The notes below the pieces were generated by a model. It ran no database searches. It saw only the letters and a program-made list of their open reading frames with translations, and had not been told where the DNA came from. A DNA stretch of 26,279 nt from a virus (taxonomy: Duplodnaviria; Caudoviricetes). Below are positions 24,590 to 26,279 of the stretch, piece by piece. Location: IMG/VR virus record IMGVR_UViG_3300024240_000011, positions 1 to 26,279 of that record, one strand, 5' to 3'. The translations under genes were made by a program, and so were the position numbers. The first letter of the stretch is position 1, and every line of letters begins with the position of its first letter.

Positions 24590-26001
24590 TATATTTTACT
24601 CCATTTATAAATGCATTTTCTTAATTCGTTCCTTCCGTGTTTTCCCATTTGTTGACTGCTATTTCCTTTTCCCTTTTCTAATATGTAAATATTGTCAACA
24701 TTAAATCCGACTGTTTCTGCAAATTCACTTAATATTAAATCAACTGGAATAATTTCGCCTGCATACTGAACATTATCATTTACATAATAGACAGTACCAC
24801 CTCTTCTCAAAGTTCTATGCATTTCGTAAATCAAAAAAGCGTGTTCATAAAAATAATGTCGAATCATTTTAATAATTCCATTATTATTTAATTTTTTTTC
24901 TTTCTTATATTCTTCTAATATCTCAAGAACTTCATTTAAGGCATTATTTTCAGTTCCCAATCTGTCCAGCATATTAAAAACATTTTCACCATATTGGGAA
25001 GTATAAAATTCTTTTAAATAAATTTTTCTACCATTTGATTCCACTGTGCTGGAAAGTAATGTTTGTCTTAAATTTCTAATTTCAATTTCATCTATTCCCA
25101 AATACACAAGTTCTAAAGCATATATTCTTGAATAATCATACCTGTTTACATATGGAGGTGAAGTTATTACCAAATCAAAAAAATTATTCTCGAGGCTGGG
25201 CAATATATTAAAAACATTACCAGAAATTAATTCGGTGTTTATATTTTCATTCTGGAAATCAATTCTTGAAGTTTCCTGTATGATATCATTTCTGATTATA
25301 TTTAATTTTTCATTTAACGCATCTTTAAAAGTTGGAATATGGCCTTTATTAAAATCGCTACTTCCTTTTTTTGCTCGGGCATCCCATCTTAAACATTGAC
25401 CATCTTTTCTTGTGTAACTTATTTTTTCCAAAATAGAAAAACAGGCAAAATTTATAATTTGTTTAACATTTAAATCAATATTCAGATTGCTAAAATAATA
25501 TAAATATTTATTCAAGGCATTTTCATTATTCCTTGAGAATGCTTTTTCCGTAATCTTTATATGTTTATAATTTGTTTCTGGGTTTGTTTCTAAATTATTA
25601 TAATCAAGGTTAACAATATTTTCAATTGCATCATTTAATATTGTGATATTTTCCAGATTTTCAAAAGCCAATCTTGTTTTAATTATAAATTCTCCAATTG
25701 GCAATAATTCAATTCCAACACTATTTATATTGTTTTCTTTTGATGTAAACAATGTTGTTCCAGACCCTGCGAATGGGTCGAGAATATTATTTATATTATT
25801 CCTGCCAAATTCATCTATTAAATACTGAACTAATTTAGATGCAAAGCCTTCTTTATATGGAAACCAGTTATATATAGGTGCTTTTTTATTATCTTGATTG
25901 CTTATAAGTTGTCTATTTAAATCAAAATTAGTTGTAATTATACTTTCATATTTATTTTCTAATTCGTCTCGAGATGTATTATGATTAATATTATTGGGCA
26001 T
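24589..26001 (-). CDS. Cognate N4-cytosine DNA methyltransferase (M.AvaI/M.BsoBI-like)
   Basis: WFPYKEGF, motif I ILDPFAGSGTT, motif IV ITSPPY and C-terminal KGNSSQQMG. TAATG stop/start overlap with the REase. Confidence 0.92.
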   Translation of the reverse strand: MPNNINHNTSRDELENKYESIITTNFDLNRQLISNQDNKKAPIYNWFPYKEGFASKLVQYLIDEFGRNNINNILDPFAGSGTTLFTSKENNINSVGIELLPIGEFIIKTRLAFENLENITILNDAIENIVNLDYNNLETNPETNYKHIKITEKAFSRNNENALNKYLYYFSNLNIDLNVKQIINFACFSILEKISYTRKDGQCLRWDARAKKGSSDFNKGHIPTFKDALNEKLNIIRNDIIQETSRIDFQNENINTELISGNVFNILPSLENNFFDLVITSPPYVNRYDYSRIYALELVYLGIDEIEIRNLRQTLLSSTVESNGRKIYLKEFYTSQYGENVFNMLDRLGTENNALNEVLEILEEYKKEKKLNNNGIIKMIRHYFYEHAFLIYEMHRTLRRGGTVYYVNDNVQYAGEIIPVDLILSEFAETVGFNVDNIYILEKGKGNSSQQMGKHGRNELRKCIYKWSKI

Positions 26002-26089
26002 ATTTCAAAATAATTAATTGAATTGTTATAAAAAATTACTTTTAATATGCACTAAATAATTTACTTAAAAACGGAAGTTAATTAATTAC

Positions 26090-26278
26090 CTATTCTACAT
26101 TTCGTATATAGCTTTTTAAATATTCATTTGAACCTATCTGAGAATAATCCTTTTTTGAATTAGTATAAATAAAAAACAATACAAGAAAAACAATTTCAAC
26201 TGTTTTAAGACTTATTATAATAATTATAGGAATATTCATATAAAAGCATAGGAAATTAAATCTACTGAATAGATTATA
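26090..26278 (-). CDS. 3' end of a probable membrane protein (truncated by the window edge)
   Basis: Frame open from the edge: YNLFSRFNFLCFYMNIPIIIIISLKTVEIVFLVLFFIYTNSKKDYSQIGSNEYLKSYIRNVE*, with TAG at 26090-26092. Confidence 0.5.
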   Translation of the reverse strand, partial: YNLFSRFNFLCFYMNIPIIIIISLKTVEIVFLVLFFIYTNSKKDYSQIGSNEYLKSYIRNVE

Positions 26279-26279
26279 T

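Larger units (their letters stand above)
330..26001 (-). mobile_element. Tailed phage/prophage (HK97-fold head, long non-contractile tail) with R-M cargo; boundaries not determined
   Basis: Co-oriented terminase, portal, prohead protease, capsid, adaptor, tail tube, frameshifted chaperone, tape measure, fibres and replication initiator. No sheath gene, integrase or att pair recognised, so the ends are approximate. Confidence 0.93.

Noticed and set aside
2116-25828. Short plus-strand ORFs (2116, 4364, 6030, 6330, 6801, 11040, 11221, 12146, 17332, 18357, 18756, 18981, 22234, 25643) and the nested minus ORF 3629-3841
   Set aside because: They lie within or largely overlap well-supported minus-strand genes, show antisense-shadow composition and carry no recognisable motifs.

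Overview
AT-rich window (roughly 27% GC by eye) holding most of a compact long-tailed (siphovirus-type, HK97-fold) phage or prophage, with nearly all genes on the minus strand. In transcription order (right to left): a partial membrane-protein gene; a BsoBI/AvaI-family type II R-M pair (N4-C MTase plus REase); a lambda O-like replication initiator with internal iterons; four small early genes (including a SWIM Zn-finger and a nuclease-like protein); prohead protease, major capsid and head-tail adaptor; a tail-terminator-like domain fused to a fibre; an orphan YadA-like fibre cassette; tail tube; tail chaperone with a -1 frameshift; virion morphogenesis protein; tape measure; tail tip and fibre; two small membrane (holin-like) genes; then, unusually last, terS-terL-portal and an adenine MTase. 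A repeat-rich non-coding stretch and a convergent partial HEPN-motif gene close the left end. No integrase, repressor, helicase loader or endolysin is recognisable. The most notable signals are (1) a structured rep leader with a duplicated RBS/AUG, an anti-RBS loop and an RBS-sequestering hairpin, resembling plasmid-style RNA control of replication, (2) strong enrichment of the element's own predicted restriction site CYCGRG while GATC appears absent, (3) the displaced packaging module and (4) the terminator-fibre fusion followed by a second, start-less fibre tip. All calls come from reading motifs by eye; no database searches were run.
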